The notes under the pieces are model-generated. The model saw only the letters and a list, made by a program, of their open reading frames with translations. It ran no database searches and was not told where the DNA came from. Both the position numbers and the translations under genes were made by a program. Positions 25,035-36,149 of a stretch of 64,000 nt of DNA are shown here, piece after piece. The stretch spans positions 21,454,001 to 21,518,000 of the forward strand of contig CM059432.1 of the NCBI GenBank assembly GCA_030390025.1, written 5' to 3'. The DNA comes from Squalus acanthias (lineage: Eukaryota). The number at the start of each line of letters is the position of its first letter. The first letter of the stretch is position 1.

Positions 25035-26028
25035 ATAAAAACAGAAAATGCTGGAAATACTCAGCCGGTCAGGCAACATCTTTGAAGATAGAAACAGAGT
25101 TAACGGGCTGGATTTTGCCAACGGGGAGCTTTTGGAGGCGGGACTACCACTTATTGGGTTTCAGTCCCGCCTCTATCAACTTCTGGCCAACCCATGCTAT
25201 TTTCCCTTGATTGACCTTGTTAAGCCCGCCCAGCGGGCTTAGGCCAATTAAGAGAAATCCGATTACAGAGAACGTTAATGTATGACGTTTCATCTGTCAA
25301 AAATCTGTGAAGCTGCCAAACACTGACATTCTCTGTAGTTTGATGAGTTCTTGAATTCAAGACCTCATCAAACCTCTTTCTTTTGTAGAAATTAGATGGT
25401 TGTTGCATTGGAGAATGCAACGGCCGTCTGTCATCTCTACTGCAGAGGTGCGAGACTCTCCGCATACCCACCGACTGAAGCCTGCAGGAAGAAACAAAGG
25501 TAAGTACACTTTTCTAACACTTTGCACTTACCACAGATACTCACCTCTCCACACTTGCACCCATCACTCATCTCCACAGCACACTTTTGCACCCCTCCGA
25601 CCCCCGCAGACCCACTACTCGCCTCGGTGACCCTAGTGGGGTTCGGAGCCTTCGGGAAGCCCGCACTTATGTGGGCAAAATGGTGATAATCCTCTTATCT
25701 GTCTGTTAACTACCTGTTAACAGGCAGTTAAATGGCTGTAATCCCTTCCCGCCTCCAAGGAGACGGGACCCGGCGCGGGACGGCTACCCGCCTCCTGGCA
25801 AGATGGCACGGAGGTGGGTTGGGGACGGGTTGGGCACCCGCCCCCAAATTCTGCCATTTTCCCAGCAGTCCCGCCTCCAAACCCACCTCCCCAGGGCTGG
25901 TAAAATCCTCTGTTAACGTTTCTCTGTTAACTCTGTTTCTCTCTCCACAGATGTTGCCTGACCTACTGAGCATTTCCAGCATTTTCTGTTTTTATTTCAG
26001 ATTTCCAGCATCCGCAGTATTTTGCTTA
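25035..26028. mobile_element. PLE-derived inverted pLTR pair with nested MITE
   Basis: 25035-25104 is inverted relative to ~25926-25996; 14-bp TSD TGACTTCAAGTGAG at 25021-25034 and 26029-26042; same family as 255-710. Confidence 0.8.
25105..25913. mobile_element. Harbinger-type MITE
   Basis: GGGCTGGATTTTGCCA..TTTGGAGGCGGGACT mirrored by AGTCCCGCCTCCAAA..TGGTAAAATCC. Confidence 0.65.
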
Positions 26029-26264
26029 TGACTTCAAGTGAGTGTTGGTTTAGCTAACTGGGCACTTGAAGACTTCAGGACAGGTTAAGTTGGGTTCTTA
26101 TTTAATCTGTGTTTTAGTGGTTAAATAAAAGATCTTTGGGAGATAGTTTATCTGTGTGGTTTTATGTTAAAGTGGATTCAGGCCTACGATCCTACTCTAG
26201 CACCTAATGTGGGAGATGTGAAAGTCGCAAATAATTCCTGCAATACATATCAGAAATAGCAGTG

Positions 26265-26385
26265 GTCCTAATACTGACCCCTGGGGAAAATACTGACCCC
26301 TGGGGGACATTACCGATCCCTGGGGTCAATACTGACCCTGGAGGCAATACCAACTCCTGGGGGGCAATACCGACCCCGGGGGACT
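26265..26385. repeat. ~19-bp minisatellite (AATACTGACCCCTGGGG) derived from a LINE RT motif
   Basis: About 6 diverging copies; reverse strand of the first copy reads PQGSVLGPLLFLI. Confidence 0.75.
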
Positions 26386-27639
26386 TTCAGGTTGGGGCAG
26401 ATACAGTGATCCTCAGGCAGTAGCCAATTTTTGAAGGATTGTAATTCCCATACAACGTACAGTTCAAACTTATTGGAAGGCTTGAAATTCTATAGTCCAT
26501 TAATATCTCGAAATCCTCAGTATCATGTTTCCATTGCTGACAAGCATTATAACTTTACAGAACCCTTATCAGTTTTGTGACAAAATGAGTAGCACTATCT
26601 ATATATCCTATTATATTATAATTATATCCCATTCCACCAAATACTGTATTTAAGTATTATCATCTTATCTATTAAGTCTCTACTCCCCTTAAGTATATGA
26701 AAAGCTAAAATTTTACGATTAATTTCTATGGGTCCTTGGCTGACATATGAGATAACAGCAATTAGATTTTTTTCTGTACAGTACTGCATTGTATACTTAG
26801 ATGTTTCTATTTGAGAATGATAATTTGTTAATGCAAAAAATTTACATTGATATAGTGCTCTTTCTGTGCACAGAAAAACATCTCAAAGCACTTTACATGG
26901 CAGGGGAAAAAAACAATGGATGTCGAACAGAAGGGTTAAAGGGAAAAGGGAAAAGTTAGGGGGTGGAGATTGAAGTCATGGTTTAAGGGAATGGTTTTGA
27001 TAAGCAATTAGGGAAGGCAGTGGCAAAGCTAATGGAGTTTTGGATGGCAGAGGTATAATGGTTGAAAGAATGGCCACCGATGGTGGAGTGGAACAGAGAA
27101 CAGGGATAGCTAATGGTTCCTTTTAAGTGAGTTTGTTTAACTTGTCATTTTTAGTAATTCCCAGAGTCATTCTAGTGTGAATATTTTTTACAAGATCACA
27201 AGATGGATATGGATGAAGAAAGACATTCTGTTAAAATTATGAAGAAGAATGAATGGATTGGAGTAGATAGCTGCAGTTGAAGGATTAGCATCAGTTCACC
27301 CTCAATGGATCATGTTTTCTTTCACTGCTTCAATTTCTATGATTTTTTTTTTCATTCAAAAAGCGTACAGGTTCAAACTGGTGAAAGGGAAGCTTAAGAT
27401 TAGTGTTTGCAAGTTTATCTTTACCCAAAGATGAATTATAATTATCCTAGCACATTCATCGAGAACAAGTCTACAAGATCTACCCCTCTCCACCATAGCA
27501 TCTAACTGTTGCTTAAGTTATTTCAGGATTTTTGCCTCTATTCTCCTAATCCGAAGTCCAGTCAAATGTTAATTTGTCTTTGAGTAAATTTGAACTTCCA
27601 AACACCAAAAAACAAGCTGTTACGTCAAAATGTTGATGG

Positions 27640-27975
27640 TTCAAACTCTAGGACCTGAGCACATAACCTAGGCTGTAGTGAAGTTAGCGCCACATTGTCG
27701 TAAATGCCATTGAACATAGGCCTTGTCAGCCTGCTCATCTGGGTGTAAAAGATCGCACGGCACTTTTTCACAGAAGACCAGATAGTTCTCAAAGTGTCCC
27801 GGCCAACTTTCAGTCAATAACACTGTAAAGAGATTAATTAGTCATCTCATTGTTGTGTTGGGACTTCACTGTGTGTGCAAATTGCCTGCCACATTTGCTA
27901 ATAAAACAACTGTAACTCATTTCTCAAGTAATTTAGTAGCTGTGAAGCACTTTGTGATGTCCTGATGTCTTTCTA
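27640..27975 (+). mobile_element. DeuSINE-like SINE, old copy
   Basis: GTAAAAGATC..GGCACT..GTGTCCCGGCCAAC..GTGCAAATTG. Confidence 0.55.
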
Positions 27976-28841
27976 AAGTTCTTTTTTTCTTTGATATTAT
28001 GCTGCACTGCTTATCTTGTTAATTCGGGCTGCTAAATTAATTAGTAACTTGGTGTATACTTCCTTTCAACTGTTCTTTTTCCAAAAATGTACTAGCCTGC
28101 TTGAACTGTATCTGCTGCCTATTTGTCCACTCGACTGACCTATCTGTATCCTCCCACAATCTCTGACATTTTTATTCACAGTTTGTCATTCCCCCAAATT
28201 TGGTATCATTTGGTTATTAGCTGGAGATGAAAATAAACAATGTAACAGAGTAAATTCACTGTACAATTCTGCCACCCCTTCAATGAATTTTATTGTCCTG
28301 CTACAAAGAATATCTTCTTTACCACTTTTCCAAATAAAGGGGGGGACATTTAGTTGGTTAGTGCTTCCAGTTAGTGCCTGGCAGAGGAGCCAACGGGGCG
28401 CTGATGCAGTAGCGCCAGGGTGAGGTGAATCAAGCAATGCACGCCAAATCTGACCCACCCATAGTGCCACCACTACGAGTTACCGCCGGGGACCTCAGCG
28501 CCAGGCAGATCATGATGTCAGTGAGTGTGCAACGCTCACTGGGCGCCCGATCTGCAAAATTCATTGTGCCCCCTGCCATAGCGCCTCGCCCCGACAACGA
28601 TAGGGAGAGGAGGCGTCAAGCAGGTGGATGCCGGCTCCAGGGGAAGTACTTAAAGGGATCATGAGTAATGAGTCACAGCTGTCAATGTTAGTGCTGTTTC
28701 ACTGCTTCCTTGTCAGTTTGACATTGTGCAACAGTTTAATTCAGTCATTTAAAGGTTTTTTAGTATGTGGACTGTTGTGGCTACTAACAATTAGTACATT
28801 TATTCTCACAACATATCAAAGTGCTACACTTGGTTACATTA

Positions 28842-29945
28842 ATGGGGGCTGTACTGGCAGTCGACCTCGCCCTCCAGGATCTATGGCAGAGGGAGCGGAG
28901 GCAGCGAGAAAGATTGGAACACGTGGCCAGAGGGAGGAGAAGGGCCATGAGGGCTCTCAACAGGAGGCCTTACGTTCCGAGGGTATTCTGAGAGCACTTC
29001 TCCTGCCTCCAGTTAAGCGAGGGGCAGTGTATTAGAAGGCTCCGCTTCAGCAAGGAGCTGGTCGCAGAACTCTGCCACCTCCTGCAACCAGACCTCCAGC
29101 CTCAGATCAGGGCTACCACGGCTCTCTCAGTGGCAATCAAGGTCACCATCGCCCTCAATTTCTTCGCCAGCGGATCCTTCCAGTCTGCAACAGGAGATAA
29201 AGGTAACATCTCGCAGCTCACTATCCATCGCTGCACCCGGGAGGTCACAGAGGCTCTCTACAGATGGAGAAGGGACTACCTTTCCTTCCCCATCACCAGA
29301 GAGAAGCAGGATGAGCGTGCATGTGGCTTTGCCAGGATAGCGGGCTTCCCCATGGTGCAGGGTGCCATTGACTGCACACATGTTGCTTTTCGAGCACCGC
29401 ATAACAATCCTGAGATCTTCCGTAACCACAAAGGCTACCACTCACTTAATGTGCAGTTGGTGTGCGACCACAGATAACAAATCCTCATCTTGCACCAGAC
29501 CGGTGTTCCAGCACTCTTCCAGCCACAACGTCAAGCTCACAGCTGGCTGGTCGGAGACAAGGTTTATCCGCTCTCCACCTGGCTCATGACACCCCTCCGC
29601 AACCCCAACACTCCTGCCCAGCACTCATATAATGAGAGCCATGCCACCGCCAGGAACATCATCGAGCAGACCGCTCGGGAGGAGCCCTCCAGTACTCGGC
29701 TGAGTGGGTGTCCCATTTCGTCGTGGTCTGCTGCTTGCTCCACAACTTGGCCATCATGAGGGCCCAGCCCTTGCCACCAGGGATTGCAGGACCACCTCAG
29801 GAGGAGGAAGAGGGAGAGGAGGAGCAGGAGGAGGAGGATGAGGAAAAGGAGGAGGAGAGCAGGAGCAAGGGAGGAGGCAGCCACTCAATCGGCCTTCCGG
29901 AAGGGTGGTCTGTGACCGCCTCATCAGACTGCAGTTCCAATTAAT
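28842..29945 (+). pseudogene. Harbinger (HARBI1-like) DDE transposase, disrupted
   Basis: ALNFFASGSFQ, GFPMVQGAIDCTHV, NHKGYHSLNVQLVCD, WLVGDKVYPL..WLMTP, YNESHATARNIIEQ; frameshifts, stop and two apparent internal deletions; Glu-rich tail. Confidence 0.9.
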
Positions 29946-30079
29946 TAAACCCCAGATCCCTGTTGCTCACCACATCCTTATGATTCCATCCCTGTCGCAG
30001 GACATATCACAGCGCAAAGCTGAAATGGAAGACACCACAAAATAATCCAAACTGAATTAATAAATTTATCAATAATCAG

Positions 30080-31380
30080 TGAATGGGCCTATACTCTCTG
30101 GAGTTTAGAAGACTGAGAGGTGATCTCATTGAAACATGCAAGATTCTGAAGGGGATTGACAGGGTAGATGCTGAGAGGTTGTTTCCCCTGGCTGAACTAG
30201 GGGGCATAGTATCAGGATAAGGGGTCGGCTATTTAAGACTGAGATGAGGAGGAATTTCTTCACTCAGAGGGTTGTGAATCTTTGGAAGTCTCTGCCCCAG
30301 AGGGCTGTGAATGCTGAGTCTTTGAGTATATTCAAGGCTGAGATCGATAGATTTTTGGACTCTAGGGGAATCAAGGGATATGGAGATCGGGCGGGGAAGT
30401 GGAGTTGAACATAAGAACATAAGAAATAAGAGCAGGAGTAGGCCATATGGCCCCTCGAGCCTGCTCCACCATTCAATGGGCCGAAAATTGATCCCGGGAC
30501 GCGAGAGTACGCACTGCATACTCTCGCGTATTCCCACTCCAATTGCCGGTTTTCTGCATGCCCTGCGCATGCGCTGAAAACCGGCAATTGCTCTTCCGAA
30601 AAGGGGGCGGGGCCTGGGTGCATCGCGTGCGCGCTACAGGCTGCGCGCACGCTGTGCACTTCATGCTTTGGACGCGCAGATAAGTAGGGAAGATTTTGGA
30701 AATGTAAAAAGGAGGAGTAAGACCCGCTTTTAAGAAGGTAAGTAGTGAATTAAGTATTTTTTTGAATTTTTTTTTACAGGTATATCTTTTTTATAGACTT
30801 TAAAGACAGGTAAGTTTATTTTTATAACTTTTTAAAACATTTTAAATTTTTTCAAAAATTTTATTTTTTATTTAAAATGGTTAATTTAATTAACTATACT
30901 TATTTTATTAATGTGATGGTTTTTTTTTTTTAATTTAATTGAGGTTTAGCTGTTATTTTGGGGGGGTGTAAGATTCATAAGTCTCACAGCCATGCTGTGA
31001 GACTTATGAATGGAAGATGGTGTGCTGCCATTGGCTCTAACTGAGTCACGTGATCCCACAGCTCGCACGAATTCACTACGCCGCTGGGATACGCAAGCCC
31101 AGCACAGCTGATGTCTGGAACATCAAGTTCGTGCGAGCTGGATCAGAAAAAGCATAAGCGAGGTCAGACATCGCGGGGAAGGCTTACCCCCGCGGGAACA
31201 GAGCGAGATCAATTTCTGGGCCAATAAGATCATGGCTGATCATCAACCTCAATTCCACTTTCCTGCCCGATCTCCATATCCCTTGATTTCTTGAGGTCGA
31301 TGATCAGCCATGATCTTATTAAATGGCAGAGCAGGCTCGAGGGGCCGTATGGCCTACTCCTGCTCTTATTTCTTATGTTC
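30080..31380 (+). mobile_element. CR1 3' end containing an antisense CR1 tail (30409-31290)
   Basis: LYSLEFRRLRGDLIE; TTGA duplicated around the antisense copy. Confidence 0.8.
30478..31222 (+). mobile_element. Harbinger-type MITE (hairpin family H)
   Basis: GGGCCGAAAATTGATC...GATCAATTTCTGGGCC; TSD AAT; homologous to 22528-23294 in the opposite orientation. Confidence 0.87.
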
Positions 31381-31404
31381 TAACACACATTTACAACAAC
31401 TTAC

Positions 31405-33300
31405 CTAGTCACCCTTATGCAATCTTTTAGTGCCTCTCGTTACTGTGCCTTTGCCTACTCTAGTGCTCCTACAAAGTGTTGGCCCAGTGGCTGCAGCAGG
31501 GCTGGTTGAAGGCTGCTGAGTGTCCGTGCGGGAGACTTCAGATGACCTTGCAGGATACCTTCGACCAGCTCTGGGCCTGGAAGGCCTGGCTGTAGACTGC
31601 ACCACCTCAGCATGGGCGGCAGCAGTCTGGGCTGGTTGGATGACAGGCAGCGACAAGGACAATGGTGGAGTGGCAGTGGTGGGATCAGGAATGCTTTTAT
31701 CCTGAGAGAGGACAGCAGCTTCCTGCTCCACTGACCCACTGCCACTGCCCAGGGGCAGCACCTCAGCATCCCTAGCAATCTGTTGGAGTAGAGATTGTTG
31801 GCCTGCTGCGACACCATGAAGCCCCGGTCGACGGTGGTAGACCCAGCTAGCAGTCAGAGCTTGTGTTGCATGAAGCTGAGACTGCATGAGAGCAGTCTGA
31901 GATTGAATGCCACTCAGCATAGACTGCATTATAGCACTAAGACGTTGCATCGCTTCTGCCTGTACTGCAATGGAAGCTGACAGAGTGCCCACCACACGCG
32001 GCATCAGGTCTGGGTCACAACGGTCTCTCTGGGAGTCTACCATCCTTTGCAGACTGGAAATGATGGGCTCCATGGTGTGCGCAGAGCTTTGTGGCAATGT
32101 TGGAGGCGAACTCCTCAACTCTCCTTACCATTGCCGAGAGGCTCTCGGGCACCTTTGCCATTGCACCTATCATCTCCGTGTGCATGCCCGTCACCCTTCT
32201 TCTAAAGGCCTCCTCATCGAGGTCCTCATCTGAGTCCTGTGCAGCAGAACTCACGCCCGAACTTGCCCTCCAGGGAGCTGGCTCCCGAGCTACCCTTTCC
32301 CCTGGCCTTGCTGCAGCCTGCTCGTCCCTGGTGCCTCACCCTGTGCAGATCCCGCTACTATACTAGCATCTAAAGAATGCGTAGTGCCAGTATCTGAGCC
32401 GGTGCCTGCGGGTGAGAGATGCAGTGACGCGGTGTGTTATTCCTCCTCCTCTTCTCCCACATCGCTCTCTACAGTGCCCTCGGGGACAGGCTGCTCAGGT
32501 GCTTGCTCATTATCTGAAAGCATAAAGGCACAAGGTTTGGGTTAAGGGATGGGAGGGGGTAGGAAGGGAGAAATAAATGCATACAGCATGATTAGCTGGA
32601 AAGTGCGAAAGGCTTGTGGGGTGAGGGTGAAGTGGGATGTGAGAAGAAGGATTAGGGATGAACATACCGTTGTTGTCCCCAAGGGGGTCAACGTCGCCGG
32701 TGGCCACGACGCTCACCACCAGGTACCCAATAATCTGCAGCACTCGAGTGTCTAGCTCAGACAGTGGTTGGGTATTTGCTTATCCCCCGCCTGTGCGCTC
32801 CTGCTCCCTCCTCTTGTGAGCCACCTTGGCCTGCAAGAGAAAGGAAAGTGTGTGAGTGAGTGTGGAGCAATGTGTTTGGGTGATGTGCCTGCCATAGTTG
32901 AATAGCTGTCATTGTGTGTAAGGTGTGAGATGCAGGTGTGAGTGCTGGTAGGTAGAGATTGTTGGTGGGTGAGTGCTGGGGGTGTGGTGCTTTGGGCAGT
33001 GTGTGCAGACTGTGGTTCAGATGGTGGTATGTAGCATTTGTTGAAGCATTGACTCACCCTGACCACACGAGTGAGGCCGTTAAATTTCTTCCTACACTGT
33101 TTATGGGTCCTGGGGACCACAGTGCTGCCTGAGACATGCTGGGCTACCTCCCTCGACATGGTGCGGAAGACTTGCGGCGAGGGCCTCCTGCCAATTGCCG
33201 GGTAGAGCACTGCCCTCCGTCTTTCCACTGCGAACACCAACACCTCCAATGCAAGGTCACAGAATCTGTGGGCTCTCTCCCTGGGGCATAGATCTGCCAT
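31405..33300 (-). pseudogene. Harbinger Myb/SANT-like DNA-binding gene, 3 predicted exons (33300-33058, 32830-32668, 32513-31405), disrupted
   Basis: RAHRFCDLALEVLV..RTHKQCRKKFNGL spliced (GTGAGT / TTGCAG) in frame to AKVAHKRREQERTGGG; premature stop and frameshifts. Confidence 0.82.
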
Positions 33301-33704
33301 CAGTATGGCTGCTTGAGTCGTCCGGCTCCTTCTCCTTGACCTGCTGCTGCTGGCTGAGACGGCTGCACAGCCAGCAATGATGAGAATGAGGTTCTGCAGC
33401 ATCAATGAACTTCCCCTTTAAGAACTGGAAAGAGTCTGTGGCAATGATGACTTGTGATTGGACTGCACCTGATATTGGTCAGTGCTTCGAGTTTAACGCC
33501 ACTGAGCTAGGCCATTAACACTTGATTTATTGCTCCAATCCTTTCTTTGTGCAATGAGACTTAATTTTGCGTGCAGTCTGAAGCATTGCCGCCTGGTGCT
33601 AATTCTCAAACTTTTTCAAAAGTTATTGCCCATTCCTGGGCTATAATGAATTTCTCCCCCAAAGTTTTTTTTATATGCTACAATAAAATTTTACCTGGAC
33701 AGCA

Positions 33705-34010
33705 CCTCGGGGTAGTAGCTTAGTAGGATAGAAGTGGTGGAAGTCATACAAACTAGGAAGGCTCCAGGTTCAATCGCTGGTCTGTGCTGAGTTACTTGAT
33801 CTGAACTGTTGGAAAGTGTAGCTGTGAGAATGTGGGATGAGGACAATACTAGTCTTGGCTGTGATGTTTCTCATGGTCAAATAGCCTGTTAACACTGACT
33901 GTTTGCATTCTCACATGAAGCAGGCCACTTGTGCGAGATAGTGGAGGGCTGCCAATACCTACAGGGCTTTACCCCAGCGTCAGTCAGCAGCCATAAGGAA
34001 AGGTGAAAGG
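33705..34010 (+). mobile_element. Second tRNA-type SINE family, degraded (related pieces ~18085-18185, 49630-49740, 52740-52860, 57095-57500)
   Basis: Shared CCAGGTTCAATC..TGGTCTGTGCTGAGTTA and AATAGCCTG..AACACT motifs. Confidence 0.5.
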
Positions 34011-36057
34011 AATGTGAGGAGAATATTGGAAAAAAATCAGTTATACAGTTAATTTGCAGTCAGTATTCTTTTTACTCTGTTTTCTTGGTTATAAAAAATA
34101 ATAAAATGTTTATTAAAAAGATTGATATCAGAGGTATGAAAAGTCAAGCAGCGAGGTTTAGCTTTTGTTGTAATATGGCCCCGTATTTTTTCCAAGCATA
34201 ATTAATAACCTAATTTCTCACCAAAGTGATTTTTGATGTTTGTTGAATAATTGCAGGCTGTCAAACCCAGCAGTTCCAATAGGTTATTCCCATGAATATT
34301 TATAAAATCCGATGCCTTAATATAAAATTGGTGTTAGAGCTGTTTAAAAAAGGGCTGCTGTACATAATTATAATTCTGCAGAAAATGACAAGACAATATC
34401 ATTAGAAACATCTGCTGATGTCAGAACTGTGTAGGGCTTTAAAGAAATCTTTGAATGTTTTCATTTTTTTTGAGCGATTGTGTAAGAAAACTGAATTTAA
34501 TTAGTTGTGACAAAATCTTTTGCTTTTCATGGGAAGAGGGATCTTCCCACACATAAGTCTGAGCTTCTGTTTAAAAATAATTAGGCTGGACTTGCACTTC
34601 TTCCTAGTGACTCTGTGGGATACATTTACTTTGCCTCTTCCTGTATTGAAGAGTTTGCTTTTATTCTTTTTTGTGTGAATTTTTGTGCTTATCAAGTTGG
34701 GTTCTTTTGGTGCTGGAGAATGGGAAACTTTCCAACTGTCTGTCAAGAACTTGTAGGTCAACTACCACATGGGTAGATGCAGAATAAAACCCTCTTGATC
34801 GTGCCCCAGCCCTCAACTCTCAGAGAGCACCTCACACCTGAACTTGTTTCCATTTCTCACACCAACCATCTCATGGCCTCTTAGATTGAGATGGCCAGTT
34901 TAATGTCACTTAGTTCTGAATTAGGCACAATTTTGTGTTGTGGTTCCATGTGCATTAGGAACTGAATTAAAACTACCATGAAGAAAAATAAATGCAAGAA
35001 ATGTCTTAATTTCTTCCTAACTTCTCTACCTCCTTTCACCTGCACATTCTCTCCTGCCTCCTTGATTTCATGCTGATTCCTTCTCCTCACCTATGCTATT
35101 TATCCAAAAGTTAAAAAATAACCGGAGGCAGAACCATCTGGTTCACTCAGTTGTTGATCCAGGTCAAGGAACCACTGAAGCTACTTATGCCTTGACCTGT
35201 TTTGGTCTTCTTATTAAATCAGGAACTCTTGATTTCTTTTCAGTAAATATTTGGCCTTCACTGCACTTGGTGGAAGTCTGTTTCTTAAATAAACTTAAGC
35301 TCTGAAATCTCATGATTATAACCAAGTTGACTTAGCTCCTTCTGGTTCGAACATAAAGAACTTCCCCATATCCAATGTACTGTCATTCTGTATCCTGGTA
35401 GTCACCAGTATGTCAAAATTGGGCGTCTGTGAGCTGAATAATACAGCTGCGATGTGCAAACTGCCTAATCCTTGCCAAGTCTTCTGTTGCTATCTGGCAC
35501 AAGCCTGTGGAAAAAAAAGTTGAGTGCTGCCATCAGTTTTGCTGCAATTGGCAGTGTAGTGTTGATGTGGCTTCTTGGCTGCAGGGCTAGTTCTAGAAGG
35601 TTGCAAAATTCATCAATGGTTTCCTAAGTTTGCATACAAAACAAGAATGACTATACTTCAAACGCAATGAATTGGTTACGAACTGCTTTGTGATATCCTG
35701 AGGATGTAAAAACCACTGTATAAATGCAAATTGTTTTCTCTCTTTCTTAAGCGAGTCTTAACTTCATCACACATTGCGTCAGTGAGGTTGCGATAACTCT
35801 GCCTTTGCAGTTAACATGCTGCCTAAGATAACAGTAGATGTCCTGATGGACCTCTTTCAATTGGTCATGGACCACTTCTTCTGCTTCTCCTTCTACTATA
35901 ACTTACCCAGTAAAGTAAGGCTTGCTGGTGGACCCCCTGGGACACATCTCATTGTCTTGGCTGTGCTCTTAGTGTGTCTTTGATGTTGGGAAATATTTGA
36001 ATAGATTTTGTCTGTGTTTAAATTGTGAATTCTGGGAGATTCTCTCACTGCTAACTT

Positions 36058-36141
36058 ACCTGAGGAAGGAGCGACAGCTCCGAAAGCTTGTAAAATTAAA
36101 TAAATCTGTTGGACTATAACCTGGTGTTGTGCGACTTCTCA
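36058..36141 (+). mobile_element. Short PLE-pLTR-like cassette with intact hammerhead core
   Basis: CTGAGGA-A-GGAGC-GACA-GCTCC-GAAA-GCTT, then AATAAA..GTTGGACTATAACCTGG. Confidence 0.7.
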
Positions 36142-36149
36142 TCTATTAC

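Larger units (their letters stand above)
28339..33660 (+). mobile_element. Full-length decayed PIF/Harbinger DNA transposon
   Basis: G-rich imperfect TIRs (12/16); TSD AAA (28336-28338, 33661-33663); transposase and Myb-like genes in convergent orientation. Confidence 0.9.

Noticed and set aside
24640..26200. Another solo LTR around the PLE foldback
   Set aside because: AATAAA present (~26124) but TG..CA termini and TSD could not be identified
29130..29759. Domesticated host HARBI1 gene
   Set aside because: Lies between TIRs with a TSD and carries stops, frameshifts and deletions
34501..34761. Lys-rich 86-aa ORF as a host exon
   Set aside because: No recognisable domain and no convincing splice context; AT-rich composition explains it
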